DNA from: Patescibacteria group bacterium UBA1406
Lineage (GTDB): Bacteria > Patescibacteriota > Microgenomatia > UBA1406
Length of the DNA: 64,000 nt
Direction of reading: 5' to 3'
Assembly: GCA_002305675.1 (NCBI GenBank)
Contig: DBQA01000006.1
Span: forward strand, 25,422 to 89,421
Positions 33,411-42,488 of the stretch are shown here, in pieces (the stretch's first letter is position 1; each line of letters starts with the position of its first letter). A program made the translations under genes and the position numbers. The notes beneath the pieces were generated by a model. It was given only the letters and a program-made list of their open reading frames with translations, did no database searches and was not told the DNA's origin.

Positions 33411-35444
33411 ATGAGCGGTTCCTTTAAACTGGACGACCTCCTACTGAAGGTGCCTGGCATCGGGCCGTCCACCTATTTGAGACTGCAAAAGAAGGGCATC
33501 AACACGGTTCTGGACTTGTTGCAGCTCTACCCCACCCGGTATGAGGACTATTCTCTCGTCTCGGCCGTCGCCACGCTCCAACCAGGCGAAACGGTAACCA
33601 TCAGCGGCCGGATCAAATCCTTTGATAATACCTATACGCGCAAAAGAATGACCATCCAGAAGGCCAGGATAAATGACGGTACCGGCACCATCGACCTTGT
33701 CTGGTTCAACCAGCCATACCTCAGGACCAATCTGAAGATAAATGAGGTATATTCCATCGCCGGTACCTGCGAGCTTTTTCGGGACAAGCCAGTATTCCGT
33801 CCGGCAGAGTACGAGGTCTTGTCGGGGGAGAAGATTCATACCGGCAGGATAGTTCCATATTACTCTGAAACGACCGGCTCTTCCTCCAAATTCATCAGGC
33901 AAAAAATCCATATGGTTCTGCGGCAGCTCTCGGATTTCGGGCCGGATTATCTGGCCGAAGCCCTTGGCAATAAGCTGATGGACCCGTACCGGACCTTCTG
34001 GAGTATCCACTTTCCTCGAAATAGGCAACTGTTGGCCAGGGCCAGAGAAAGGCTGGTACACGAAGAACTTTTCTATCTGTCCCTGGAGACAAACTTAAAG
34101 AAACGCGCCCTGCAAGGACAGATTGCCCGTTCCATAAAAACAACCGCAGATACATTCGACGCATATTCCCGTCTCATTCCTTTTCGCTTGACCGGCGCAC
34201 AGGAAAGGTCTTTAAAAGAGATATACGACGACATGTCGCACGGTTATCCCATGAACAGGCTGCTCTTAGGCGATGTCGGGAGCGGCAAGACGGTTGTCAT
34301 CGCCGGAGCCGTCCATGCCGTTTTGAAAAACAATTTCAAAACCGTTGTTCTGGTCCCTACCGAGATACTGGCCGAACAGCATTACCGTACCTTAGCGCGC
34401 ATCTTTTCCGGCCAGAAATATCGTATTGCCCTGCTAACATCCCGGACCAAGGCAGAAGAGGTCGACTATTCCGGGACAGATATTCTCGTGTCTACCCATG
34501 CGATTCTTTATCATAAGAAACCCCTGGGAAAGATCGGCCTTATTGTAATTGACGAGCAGCACAGGTTCGGGGTCAGGCAACGCCAGAAGCTGATCGAACT
34601 GACCAAGGAGGATGACAACCATCCTCACTCCCTTTATGTTTCGGCCACTCCCATCCCCCGCTCTCTGGCTCTCGTGATCTACGGCAATCTCAGCCTGTCG
34701 ATTATCGACGAAATGCCTGCCGGCCGAAAGAAAGTAAAAACATTCATCATACCCGAGACGAAAAGGAACAATGGCTATAAGTGGATTAGGGAACGCGTCA
34801 TGAAAGACCGGATGCAGGTGTTTGTCGTTTGCCCCCTGATCGAGGGTTCCGACAATGAGAAGATGCAGGACGTTAAATCCGTCGAGAACGAGCTCCAAAA
34901 ACTGAAGGAGGTTTTCCCGGACCTTAGTTTGGGTGCTGTCCACAGCCGTACCTCCCATAAGGATAAGCTGATGCATGAGTTCAAGGAAGGCCGGATAGAC
35001 ATTCTTGTGTCTACCTCGGTCATCGAGGTCGGTGTTGACATCGAGAATGCCAACATCATGTTGATAGAGGATGCGGACAGGTTCGGTCTGGCACAACTGC
35101 ACCAGTTAAGGGGCAGGATAGGCCGTGGCCAGGACCAGGCGTTCTGTTTCCTGTTCTCAAGGGCGTCCTCGGGCCAAGCTCTCGCCCGTCTAAGGCATAT
35201 GGAAACGGTGTTTGACGGATTTAAGCTTTCCGAGATTGACCTGAGGCTTCGCGGCCCCGGAGACCTGACGGGTCTGGACCAGCACGGTTTCAAAAACCTT
35301 AGGCTGGAACACCTGATGGACAGCCGGCTTATCGGGTCTGTGAACGGCGCCGTTCATAAACTGCTTGAAAAAAACCCCCAATTCACTTATAATTCTTTAT
35401 TCATAAGCAATATCAGTTTCCAGGACGGTCTGATCCTTAATTAA
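33411..35444 (+). CDS. recG: ATP-dependent DNA helicase RecG
   Basis: The wedge/OB N-domain is followed by helicase motifs GDVGSGKT, DEQHRFG, SATPIPR and QLRGRIGRG. Confidence 0.9.
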   Translation: MSGSFKLDDLLLKVPGIGPSTYLRLQKKGINTVLDLLQLYPTRYEDYSLVSAVATLQPGETVTISGRIKSFDNTYTRKRMTIQKARINDGTGTIDLVWFNQPYLRTNLKINEVYSIAGTCELFRDKPVFRPAEYEVLSGEKIHTGRIVPYYSETTGSSSKFIRQKIHMVLRQLSDFGPDYLAEALGNKLMDPYRTFWSIHFPRNRQLLARARERLVHEELFYLSLETNLKKRALQGQIARSIKTTADTFDAYSRLIPFRLTGAQERSLKEIYDDMSHGYPMNRLLLGDVGSGKTVVIAGAVHAVLKNNFKTVVLVPTEILAEQHYRTLARIFSGQKYRIALLTSRTKAEEVDYSGTDILVSTHAILYHKKPLGKIGLIVIDEQHRFGVRQRQKLIELTKEDDNHPHSLYVSATPIPRSLALVIYGNLSLSIIDEMPAGRKKVKTFIIPETKRNNGYKWIRERVMKDRMQVFVVCPLIEGSDNEKMQDVKSVENELQKLKEVFPDLSLGAVHSRTSHKDKLMHEFKEGRIDILVSTSVIEVGVDIENANIMLIEDADRFGLAQLHQLRGRIGRGQDQAFCFLFSRASSGQALARLRHMETVFDGFKLSEIDLRLRGPGDLTGLDQHGFKNLRLEHLMDSRLIGSVNGAVHKLLEKNPQFTYNSLFISNISFQDGLILN

Positions 35445-35446
35445 AA

Positions 35447-35596
35447 ATGGCCTTACCAAAAAGAAGACATTCTACCCGGAGTGGAGGCAAGCGGTTTGCC
35501 ACCAAAAAGAAATCATTGCCCCCGACAATTAAGTGCCGGCACTGCGGAGGCGACAAACTTCCCCACCGCGTGTGCCCTCACTGCGGCAGATTATGA
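35447..35596 (+). CDS. rpmF: 50S ribosomal protein L32
   Basis: Hand-translated 49 aa: MALPKRRHSTRSGGKRFATKKKSLPPTIKCRHCGGDKLPHRVCPHCGRL. This has the L32 N-terminal motif plus a CxxC...CxxC zinc ribbon. It is below the track cutoff. ATGA overlap with nusB. Confidence 0.85.
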   Translation: MALPKRRHSTRSGGKRFATKKKSLPPTIKCRHCGGDKLPHRVCPHCGRL

Positions 35597-35988
35597 AAAC
35601 CAATAGCGATCCTAGGCATCAAAGAAGAATCAGGCTTCTAAAAGCCCTATATAGCCAACAGTTCGCTTCCACCCAAACTCCCGAGCTCTTCCCTGAGGAC
35701 CGGGAGAAGCTCTCCGACATTAATGCCCGTCTGTCCGAGATCAATGACCTGATAGACAGAATGTCGGTCAAATTCGCTTCCGACAGGATGGCCAAGATAG
35801 ACCTTTCCATCCTGCAGCTCGGCGTTTACGAGATGATGATGGAAAAGAAAGAGCCCTATAAGGTCATTATCGATGAGTGTATCGAACTGGCCAAAGAGTT
35901 CGGTGGGATAAACTCACCCAAATTCGTTAACGGCATTCTTGGTAAAATTATTGAAGAGGAAAAACATGGAACCGGCGGACAAGCTTGA
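35593..35988 (+). CDS. nusB: Transcription antitermination factor NusB
   Basis: I use the start MKTNSDPRHQRRIRLLKALY. The later motif IDLSILQLGVYEMM....P.KVIIDECIELAKEFG is NusB-like. Confidence 0.85.
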   Translation: MKTNSDPRHQRRIRLLKALYSQQFASTQTPELFPEDREKLSDINARLSEINDLIDRMSVKFASDRMAKIDLSILQLGVYEMMMEKKEPYKVIIDECIELAKEFGGINSPKFVNGILGKIIEEEKHGTGGQA

Positions 35989-36655
35989 GAAAATCATTGG
36001 CTTAGATTTCAAGGACAAGACCCTGCTTTTAACTGCCCTGACACACCCTTCTTTCATCAACGAGAACGCTATAGACAGGGATTCATACCAGCGGCTGGAG
36101 TTTTTCGGCGACGCCATCCTTGAGTTCATCGCTTCGGAATACCTTTACCGCCGTTTCCACGACATCCGAGAGGGCCGGCTGACAGAAATCCGAGCCGCCC
36201 TGGTCAGAACGGAAAGTCTCGCCAAGTGTGCCCGGAAAATGGAACTCGGTAAATTCCTTTTTCTCTCGAAAGGAGAAGAATTGAATAACGGACGGGACAA
36301 CCAGAACATCCTGGCCGATGCCTTAGAGGCAATGATAGGCGCCATTTATCTAGACCAGGGCATGGACAGTTCGACCGCCTTCTTCAATAGATATATCCGG
36401 GAGGAACTGGATACCATCGTCGCGAACAAGCTTTATATCGATCCCAAAACACGTCTGCAGGAGATCATCCAAGGCCAGTACAAGATAACCCCAGAATACA
36501 GACTGATCCAGGAGACGATCAGCGAAAACAGCCTAAGTTTCGAGATAGGCGTCTATTTCAACAACAAGCTCATCGGAAAGGGCAAAGGCAAGAACAAGAA
36601 GCTGGCAGAGCAGGAAGCAGCCATAAATGCCCTTGGAAAACTGGACAGGTTGTGA
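35966..36655 (+). CDS. rnc: Ribonuclease III
   Basis: The signature is YQRLEFFGDAILEF. The C-terminal dsRBD contains GKGKGKNKKLAEQEAAINAL. I prefer the ATG at 35966 over the TTG at 35939. Confidence 0.9.
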   Translation: MEPADKLEKIIGLDFKDKTLLLTALTHPSFINENAIDRDSYQRLEFFGDAILEFIASEYLYRRFHDIREGRLTEIRAALVRTESLAKCARKMELGKFLFLSKGEELNNGRDNQNILADALEAMIGAIYLDQGMDSSTAFFNRYIREELDTIVANKLYIDPKTRLQEIIQGQYKITPEYRLIQETISENSLSFEIGVYFNNKLIGKGKGKNKKLAEQEAAINALGKLDRL

Positions 36656-36669
36656 TATTATTTCAATCT

Positions 36670-36906
36670 ATGGTAGTAAAAATAAGGCTGGCCCGAATAG
36701 GCAAAAAGAAAAATCCCAAATATCGGGTAGTGGCCATGGATAAAAATAAGAGCCGCGATTCAAAATACCTGGAACAGCTCGGATTCTATGATCCGATGGT
36801 TGAGAAGGACAATCTTAAAATAGATGAGGCCCGCCTTAACGACTGGGTATCGAAAGGCGCCAAACTTTCGGAATCCCTGGCCCAACTCCTCTCCAAGAGG
36901 AAATAA
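36670..36906 (+). CDS. rpsP: 30S ribosomal protein S16
   Basis: MVVKIRLARIGKKKNPKYRVVAMD is the canonical S16 N-terminus. Confidence 0.9.
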   Translation: MVVKIRLARIGKKKNPKYRVVAMDKNKSRDSKYLEQLGFYDPMVEKDNLKIDEARLNDWVSKGAKLSESLAQLLSKRK

Positions 36907-37590
36907 TCAGAACTCCTTGAACGGGTCCTCTTTGCTCTCGTAATCGTCGGATATCGCTTCGCTATCACCTACATCCACGTTTTCCCTGATCTTCTCCAAA
37001 ATCTTGTCGTCGATGGAGTCCAGATTGCTCCTGACGTTTTCATTAAGGTCAATATTTGGGTCATAGGCATAGATATTCAGGCTGAGGTTTGTGATCAGGT
37101 TGTTGGTGCCGATCAAGTTTACATTGTCTATGGTGATGATCTGTCCGGTGATGTACTTGTACTCCTTAAGGAAGGCCAAAAAAGCTTGCGGTGTGCCCGA
37201 TCCAGCTATCTGGAGCTGCTTTGTCTGGAGCTTGTCCTTCACATCCAAGTTCTGAAAAGAAAGGATGAACGAATCAACGTTGAACCCTGTTTGGTCTCCT
37301 ATCCTTTCGATCAGGTTTAAGGTCCTGAAGACGTTGAATCTATCGGGGAGGAACCCCGTCAAGAGACTGGTGTTCTCGTTGACCTTGAAGATGGCGGCCG
37401 TATTTATGTTCTGTCCCGAAATGTTGATGGTCGGAGCCAATATTTTAATCTCATCCATGACGGCCTGTCTTTTCTTCAGGGTCCAGATGACTCCCAAAGC
37501 CACAACAAGCGTTACTACGAACAGCAACATCATCAACGGCCTAAGCCTTATCCAGACGAACTTGACCAGCTTGACATCAACCTTCTTCAT
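36907..37590 (-). CDS. Bitopic membrane protein in the PilO position of the pilus operon
   Basis: 227 aa with a single N-terminal TM (LMMLLFVVTLVVALGVIW). It overlaps the pilN stop by 14 nt. The assignment rests on position only. Confidence 0.35.
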   Translation of the reverse strand: MKKVDVKLVKFVWIRLRPLMMLLFVVTLVVALGVIWTLKKRQAVMDEIKILAPTINISGQNINTAAIFKVNENTSLLTGFLPDRFNVFRTLNLIERIGDQTGFNVDSFILSFQNLDVKDKLQTKQLQIAGSGTPQAFLAFLKEYKYITGQIITIDNVNLIGTNNLITNLSLNIYAYDPNIDLNENVRSNLDSIDDKILEKIRENVDVGDSEAISDDYESKEDPFKEF

Positions 37591-38158
37591 TTTGGAAAGT
37601 ACTCCGGAACTGTATTTTTAGTGCGATTCTGAAACCATCCTCTGTTTCGACTACTTTCCCTTTCTGTAGGGTAATGGCATCCACGTTCAGAACACTGAAA
37701 TTGTGGATTACCTGCTCGGATTCCAGCTTTTCTATTAGTTCAAAGATGCTTTCCAGGTCTCTGGTAAAAAGGGTCAATTCAGCACTGTTCTCCTTGTTAA
37801 GGGAAAATCCTTCGATGACGATATTTTCCCTTTCCAGTATCAGGTCCAGCAGGAAATCGTACTGCTTGTAGTATTCGGGCGCGGATACATAGAGGTTCCT
37901 GATCTCGTTGAGTTTCTTCAACCCGTAAATGCCTTTGGAAAGAGTCTGGGGGTCCTGCAATGTCCCGGAAAGCCTGCTGATGGACGTTTTGGCCATTTGC
38001 TCCAGTCTTTGCTGTGATACAACTAGCAAAAGGAAAATGGCTCCGTACACGACTAGCATTAAAGGGATCAGGATCAGGATGACCAGCCGTGTTTTGGCAA
38101 CGGTGTTGCGGTATAACTGGACCTTTGTCGCATGTTTAATTAAATTGATGCGGAACAT
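37577..38158 (-). CDS. pilN: PilN-like type IV pilus assembly protein
   Basis: I use the start MFRINLIKH (PilN-type INLL motif), 4 nt after the pilM stop. There is a single TM (LVILILIPLMLVVYGAIFLLLVV). Confidence 0.55.
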   Translation of the reverse strand: MFRINLIKHATKVQLYRNTVAKTRLVILILIPLMLVVYGAIFLLLVVSQQRLEQMAKTSISRLSGTLQDPQTLSKGIYGLKKLNEIRNLYVSAPEYYKQYDFLLDLILERENIVIEGFSLNKENSAELTLFTRDLESIFELIEKLESEQVIHNFSVLNVDAITLQKGKVVETEDGFRIALKIQFRSTFQNEEG

Positions 38159-38162
38159 CGCT

Positions 38163-39191
38163 TTATATAACGGCGGCAATTGAGGTAATGTAGTTGTCCA
38201 GCTTTGTCTTGTCAACTCCCGCATTGAGATTTAGCTGCTTTGGCGACACCTGAGCAAAAGACAGCCTCTGGATATTGTATCCCGCCTGACCAAGGGCATC
38301 TTTGAACAAAGAAACAAAAGTGTCTATTCCGTTTTCGGCCGAAATCAGGATATTCTTTACCGGGACGCTTAGTCTGGCCATGGCCATGGCCAGTATCTTC
38401 TGAATCTCCTTGTCGTATTCCTGGAACACAGGTGAAAGAATCTTCTGGTATTCGCTGTTTTCCTTTTTGAGTTTGGCAAAAAGGTTGACAGCTTCTACCA
38501 GGTTGATGTTCAGATTGTTGTGGAGGGCTTTGGTAAAAAAGTTAAGACCGATATTGAAACTGTGGGTTGTTACCAGCTGTTTTTGCTTGACGTTCATGAT
38601 AGAGGCCTGAGTGCTTTGGTTGCCGATGTTCATGAACAATACCAGCTGATCGGGAGAATTGTACATATTGCCGCTCAGGTATCTGAATACGGCCGTCGAT
38701 TCGGGTTCCAGGGTAGCCGGGTAAAGGCCCAGTTCCAGAACAAAATCAGCCACTCGGTTGATCATATCTTTCAGGCTGACAACTACAAGCACGGACATCT
38801 GTTTCTCCTGCTGATTAGTAGACAATATCTGGTAGTCAAAGCTGGCTTTTTCAATGGGGTATGGGACGAATTCCTCTGCCTGCAGTTCTATGGCAGATAC
38901 GATTTCCTTCTCCGACACGAGCGGCAGTTTGATTATCTGCAGCGAACAGACTTGGTCGGGTATGGTGATACTGGCCTCCATCTCCATCAGTCGAGCAGCC
39001 TGAAAGTTGTTTTTGAGGAGGGCCGAGATCTTGGTCACCTCCTTCTCCTCTTCCAGGCTCAGGTTTCCGTAGAAGTCCAGGATCTTCAGATCCAGTTCGA
39101 AGAAATTCTGGATGTGGTAACTGCCGTTCACATCCACTACCGAAACTTTGAGTTTATTGTGATTAAGGTTGATTCCGACCGCCCTTTTCAT
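38163..39191 (-). CDS. pilM: Type IV pilus assembly ATPase-fold protein PilM
   Basis: 342 aa with an actin/FtsA-like fold pattern (VGINLNHNKLKVSVVD...). It occupies the conserved position upstream of pilN. Confidence 0.75.
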   Translation of the reverse strand: MKRAVGINLNHNKLKVSVVDVNGSYHIQNFFELDLKILDFYGNLSLEEEKEVTKISALLKNNFQAARLMEMEASITIPDQVCSLQIIKLPLVSEKEIVSAIELQAEEFVPYPIEKASFDYQILSTNQQEKQMSVLVVVSLKDMINRVADFVLELGLYPATLEPESTAVFRYLSGNMYNSPDQLVLFMNIGNQSTQASIMNVKQKQLVTTHSFNIGLNFFTKALHNNLNINLVEAVNLFAKLKKENSEYQKILSPVFQEYDKEIQKILAMAMARLSVPVKNILISAENGIDTFVSLFKDALGQAGYNIQRLSFAQVSPKQLNLNAGVDKTKLDNYITSIAAVI

Positions 39192-39236
39192 ATCTATAGT
39201 TAAGTATATATCACCCTATTTATTTTACAAGCCTAA

Positions 39237-39773
39237 CTACCGCCTGATATAAACGTAATATTGATAGCTCAGACTCTGGGAAGACATATAATCTACGGTC
39301 GGAGTATAGACTACGCTGTAGGAAAACTTGACAATCTTGTTGTTTATCGTGAAGCCGTCATTGCCGGCCCTGATCTCCGCAGTCAAGGGGAAATCCTCAT
39401 CCGTTCCGCTGATGAAGTAGGCAGGCGAGCTTATCAGGGCGCTGTGAGAAGCCAGTCTCCCCTGGTCATCTATGTAGAAGCCGAACGGGTTGTTGTAAAT
39501 GTCTTTGAAGCAAACCTTGATGCTTGCGCCCGCGAACTCGGCTGGCAGAGCCGGATCGGCGCAAGTCGGGTCAACGTCCAGGGTATTGTTACGAACGATG
39601 CTGGATATTCTCTTCTCGGCAAAATCTCCCGCTTCCTTTACTCTTTGCAGTTGCCCCAGGGACAGCTGCTGTCTCACTATCAAGAAAACGATGGAAAAGA
39701 ATACCGGCAGCATGACCCCGATAATCCCAACGACGATCAGCATCTCCACGAATGTAAAGCCTCCTCTTTTCAT
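39237..39773 (-). CDS. Prepilin-type minor pilin/pseudopilin (178 aa)
   Basis: Class III signal: MKRGG|FTFVEMLIVVGIIGV (G-1, E+5). ATGA overlap with the upstream gene. Confidence 0.75.
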   Translation of the reverse strand: MKRGGFTFVEMLIVVGIIGVMLPVFFSIVFLIVRQQLSLGQLQRVKEAGDFAEKRISSIVRNNTLDVDPTCADPALPAEFAGASIKVCFKDIYNNPFGFYIDDQGRLASHSALISSPAYFISGTDEDFPLTAEIRAGNDGFTINNKIVKFSYSVVYTPTVDYMSSQSLSYQYYVYIRR

Positions 39774-40237
39774 AATCTGTTGATATAAAAATCTATGGTC
39801 ACGCTCTTTACCCGCTGCAGGATATACCACGAGGTGACGACGGTGGCACTGACCTCATTGGCGGAACGCCTTTGCAGTGACAGTTCCCTTTTGAAGAAAT
39901 TACCCAATCCATAACCGCTGCAGTTGCCGCTCGAACCTGGCCAGCTGTCCAGCGTGACGCTGTTAAAACAATAAACGGTCGGCGGGTTCGCTACGGGCGC
40001 AGCCCGGTTGTATATAGACAGGAAGCCGTTCGCCTCCCGCTGGAACTTCAGCCATTCCGTCAGCTCTTCCGAATAACGGCTGGCCACCACCTTGTGCCGG
40101 GAGTCTTGAAATATCACACCGGAGTAGCTGACAATGGCAATAATGGCCACTATGGCCAGGGTAAAGACGGAGATAAAGACCACCACCTCGATGATCGTAA
40201 AACCACTCCTTTTAGAGACAGGCAATGTCGTCATCAA
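39770..40237 (-). CDS. Prepilin-type minor pilin/pseudopilin (155 aa)
   Basis: Class III signal: KRSG|FTIIEVVVFISVFTLAIV. Confidence 0.7.
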   Translation of the reverse strand: MMTTLPVSKRSGFTIIEVVVFISVFTLAIVAIIAIVSYSGVIFQDSRHKVVASRYSEELTEWLKFQREANGFLSIYNRAAPVANPPTVYCFNSVTLDSWPGSSGNCSGYGLGNFFKRELSLQRRSANEVSATVVTSWYILQRVKSVTIDFYINRL

Positions 40238-40733
40238 AGGAAATAATGCCGAACTGGTTAACAGACAGCGAGGAACACTTGTTCAGGCCGGCGTGCTTGA
40301 GACGGATCGTCTGGGTAGCGGTCGTGTTCAATTCGCCTGTTCTTTTTTTAAAATAGAACGAGACTGTCGAGGTATTGTTGATGTTCATCTGTTTGTATTT
40401 GGTCAATAGAATATTCCTGACGACGGTTCTGGTGGGACAGTAGTAGTTTATCTCGATATTGGTAGCTCCGGCTGTGGCCCTGAAACCGTACCCCAAAAAA
40501 TCAGAATATGAAGCGCACCCGTCCGGCAACTCGCTGGTCACCGCCCTTTGCCTGGCATATTCAACGGTGCTGCGCAGCTCCCTGTTGGCAGCCTTCATTG
40601 TTTGTTTCTGTTGATTCGTGACATAGTTCGCTATAGTCAGTCCGGTAAAGAGCGATGCGGCCGTCACCGCCATCAACAGCTCAACCAGGGTGAACCCCCT
40701 TTTTCGGCGGACTAGTCTGTTCTTATTCCTCAC
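40212..40733 (-). CDS. Prepilin-type minor pilin/pseudopilin (173 aa)
   Basis: Class III signal: RKRG|FTLVELLMAVTAASL. Confidence 0.75.
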   Translation of the reverse strand: MRNKNRLVRRKRGFTLVELLMAVTAASLFTGLTIANYVTNQQKQTMKAANRELRSTVEYARQRAVTSELPDGCASYSDFLGYGFRATAGATNIEINYYCPTRTVVRNILLTKYKQMNINNTSTVSFYFKKRTGELNTTATQTIRLKHAGLNKCSSLSVNQFGIISFDDDIACL

Positions 40734-41127
40734 CGAGCGGCCCTAATTTGTAATAACAGGTACCGCCGCAGTTCGCACAGCAGGTTTTAGAGGCGCCGGC
40801 AACCTCCAGGGTGGAGCAAAGCGAATAACTGGTCATGCTACCCGGACTTCCGGTCGGACAATAGGCATAGGAGTTAGTGGTCCTCGGATCTGACGGAGTG
40901 CGGGGAATGTAAGAGGTGAGTGCGGGCAGTGTATCCGGGTAATAGCTGTTGTCCGAACGGTACATTTCCAGGGCGGACCTGATCTGTTCCAGGTCAGCCT
41001 TTCTTTTTGAATCCCTGGACTGTTTCCCAAGGGCGTTATACGATACAGAACCGACGGCCGCCAGCATAGAGATGATGGTGGCCACGACCAGTAACTCGAC
41101 CAAAGTGAAGCCTCTATTTCTTTTCAT
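40723..41127 (-). CDS. GspG/PilA-like prepilin paralog (134 aa)
   Basis: MKRNRG|FTLVELLVVATIISML is followed by SRDSKRKADLEQIRSALEMY. The C-terminus has 6 Cys. The start at 41127 gives an ATGA overlap. Confidence 0.8.
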   Translation of the reverse strand: MKRNRGFTLVELLVVATIISMLAAVGSVSYNALGKQSRDSKRKADLEQIRSALEMYRSDNSYYPDTLPALTSYIPRTPSDPRTTNSYAYCPTGSPGSMTSYSLCSTLEVAGASKTCCANCGGTCYYKLGPLGEE

Positions 41128-41519
41128 TGCTGGTTGGTGACGCATATGGTACCGCTGTCAACTTCTGGGGTGGCGCACAAAGTGAACTGGGTAGAGTTAC
41201 AGGTCCCGTTGCAGCCGTAGGTACTGCCTGACTTCGGGTCCATGGGAAGGCTTTCCGTCGGGATCATGGTCACGTTCCCGGTCGGGCACGAGATACCTCT
41301 TGTACCGAGATTTGTTGGATAAACGAATCCGCAAACGGAATAATACTGCTCTGCCGCCTGCTGGATGGTCTTGAGGTCTCCCCTTCTCTTGGCATCCCTG
41401 GACTTTTTCTGTGAGGTGCTGTAGCTTGAAAGGCCGAACGTCAGCAGGATGCTCATGATCCCGATAACAACCAGTAGTTCCAACAGACTGAATCCTTGCT
41501 TCCTATCTATTTTTTTCAT
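41124..41519 (-). CDS. GspG/PilA-like prepilin paralog (131 aa)
   Basis: I use the internal start MKKIDRKQG|FSLLELLVVIGIMS, followed by SRDAKRRGDLKTIQQAAEQYY. The track's longer N-terminus overlaps the neighbouring gene and has no pilin logic. Confidence 0.8.
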   Translation of the reverse strand: MKKIDRKQGFSLLELLVVIGIMSILLTFGLSSYSTSQKKSRDAKRRGDLKTIQQAAEQYYSVCGFVYPTNLGTRGISCPTGNVTMIPTESLPMDPKSGSTYGCNGTCNSTQFTLCATPEVDSGTICVTNQQ

Positions 41520-41539
41520 ATTTTCCTTCTTTATAATTA

Positions 41540-42028
41540 TTAAGGCTGTTTCCGATAATACCAGGCGGAACAGTTGCTCCAGTTGCCGTTGGGCGGGTTG
41601 CTGACCACCTCCGGATCCGCGCTGTCCTCCAGACAGGCGCCAAGAAGGTACTCCACGTCGCTCATCCTTGAGTATCGGTAATGATATCTCGAACTGTCTA
41701 TGTCCTGAAGCGGGTCCTTGGGGAACTTGTTTATGTATATGGTCCCGATACCGTTGTTCCATTCCGCTCCGGGGGTAATGGCCAGTACCACGCCTTCTGG
41801 CTGGGATGCACCGGCACCTGTCGGGTACCTGGGCAGGCTCTGATCAAGCTTATACATCTCTAGCGCCTCGGCTATCGCCTTCAGGTCCGCCTTCCTTTTC
41901 CGGTCGCGGGCTGATTTCCTGATCTCGTTCAGGTTTGGCAGTAGGGCCCCCATGATCAGGGCCAGGATGGAGATGACTATCAAAAGCTCCACCAGCGTCA
42001 TTCCTCTGTCCCGTCTATGGTCTCGCAT
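41540..42028 (-). CDS. GspG/PilA-like prepilin paralog (162 aa)
   Basis: MRDHRRDRG|MTLVELLIVISILA is followed by ARDRKRKADLKAIAEALEMY. An alternative ATG is at 42046. Confidence 0.8.
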   Translation of the reverse strand: MRDHRRDRGMTLVELLIVISILALIMGALLPNLNEIRKSARDRKRKADLKAIAEALEMYKLDQSLPRYPTGAGASQPEGVVLAITPGAEWNNGIGTIYINKFPKDPLQDIDSSRYHYRYSRMSDVEYLLGACLEDSADPEVVSNPPNGNWSNCSAWYYRKQP

Positions 42029-42488
42029 TCGTGCTAGAAACTCCATAATGACATGTACTGTTACAGCCCGTACCGCAGTTCGGTGCCGCTGCGGGTGTAA
42101 TCTTATCGTAGTCTATATCCTCTGTGTTTTCAAGGCAAGAATACAACTTGAATATCTGCCGGCTGCCATCTGTCTGATAAATATAGTTGGTATTCGACGA
42201 GTTCGGATCCTGGGGCAGCTTTTCCATGAATATCCTGTTACCGTCCGTAAAACGCTCACCCCAAGGCAGGCCGGCCGCTCCCGTGACCCCGGGATAACTT
42301 TCGTGCTCCGAATAATATATGTCGAGGGCGGTCTTGACCTGGTCCAGGTCCTGCTTCCTCCGTGAGTCCCGAGCCTTTTTCAATGACCTGATGAAGTTAC
42401 CCATAACCATAATGGCCAGAATGCCGAGGATGGCGATCACGGTCAATATCTCCAGCAAAGTGAACCCTTTGTTTTTTTTAGTTCGCAT
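42015..42488 (-). CDS. GspG/PilA-like prepilin paralog (157 aa)
   Basis: MRTKKNKG|FTLLEILTVIAILG is followed by ARDSRRKQDLDQVKTALDIYY. Confidence 0.8.
   Translation of the reverse strand: MRTKKNKGFTLLEILTVIAILGILAIMVMGNFIRSLKKARDSRRKQDLDQVKTALDIYYSEHESYPGVTGAAGLPWGERFTDGNRIFMEKLPQDPNSSNTNYIYQTDGSRQIFKLYSCLENTEDIDYDKITPAAAPNCGTGCNSTCHYGVSSTNARP

Noticed and set aside
33441-35293. Long minus-strand ORFs (33441..34061, 34434..35102, 34775..35293) inside recG
   Set aside because: They lie entirely antisense to a gene with unambiguous helicase motifs. Their translations are low-complexity (Arg/Pro/Gly-rich) and motif-free, so they are shadow ORFs.
38520-39203. Plus-strand 227-aa ORF opposite pilM, and similar ORFs opposite the pilins (39261..39788), the DUF2723-like gene (44665..45465) and the PBP (32129..32737)
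   Set aside because: They are antisense to better-supported genes that fit an operon with coupled stops and starts. Their translations lack any family signature.
41520-41762. 81-codon N-terminal extension of ORF 41124..41762
   Set aside because: The extension overlaps the 3' end of the neighbouring pilin gene (41540..42046) and has no pilin logic. The internal ATG at 41519 gives a standard short leader peptide before G|FSLLE.
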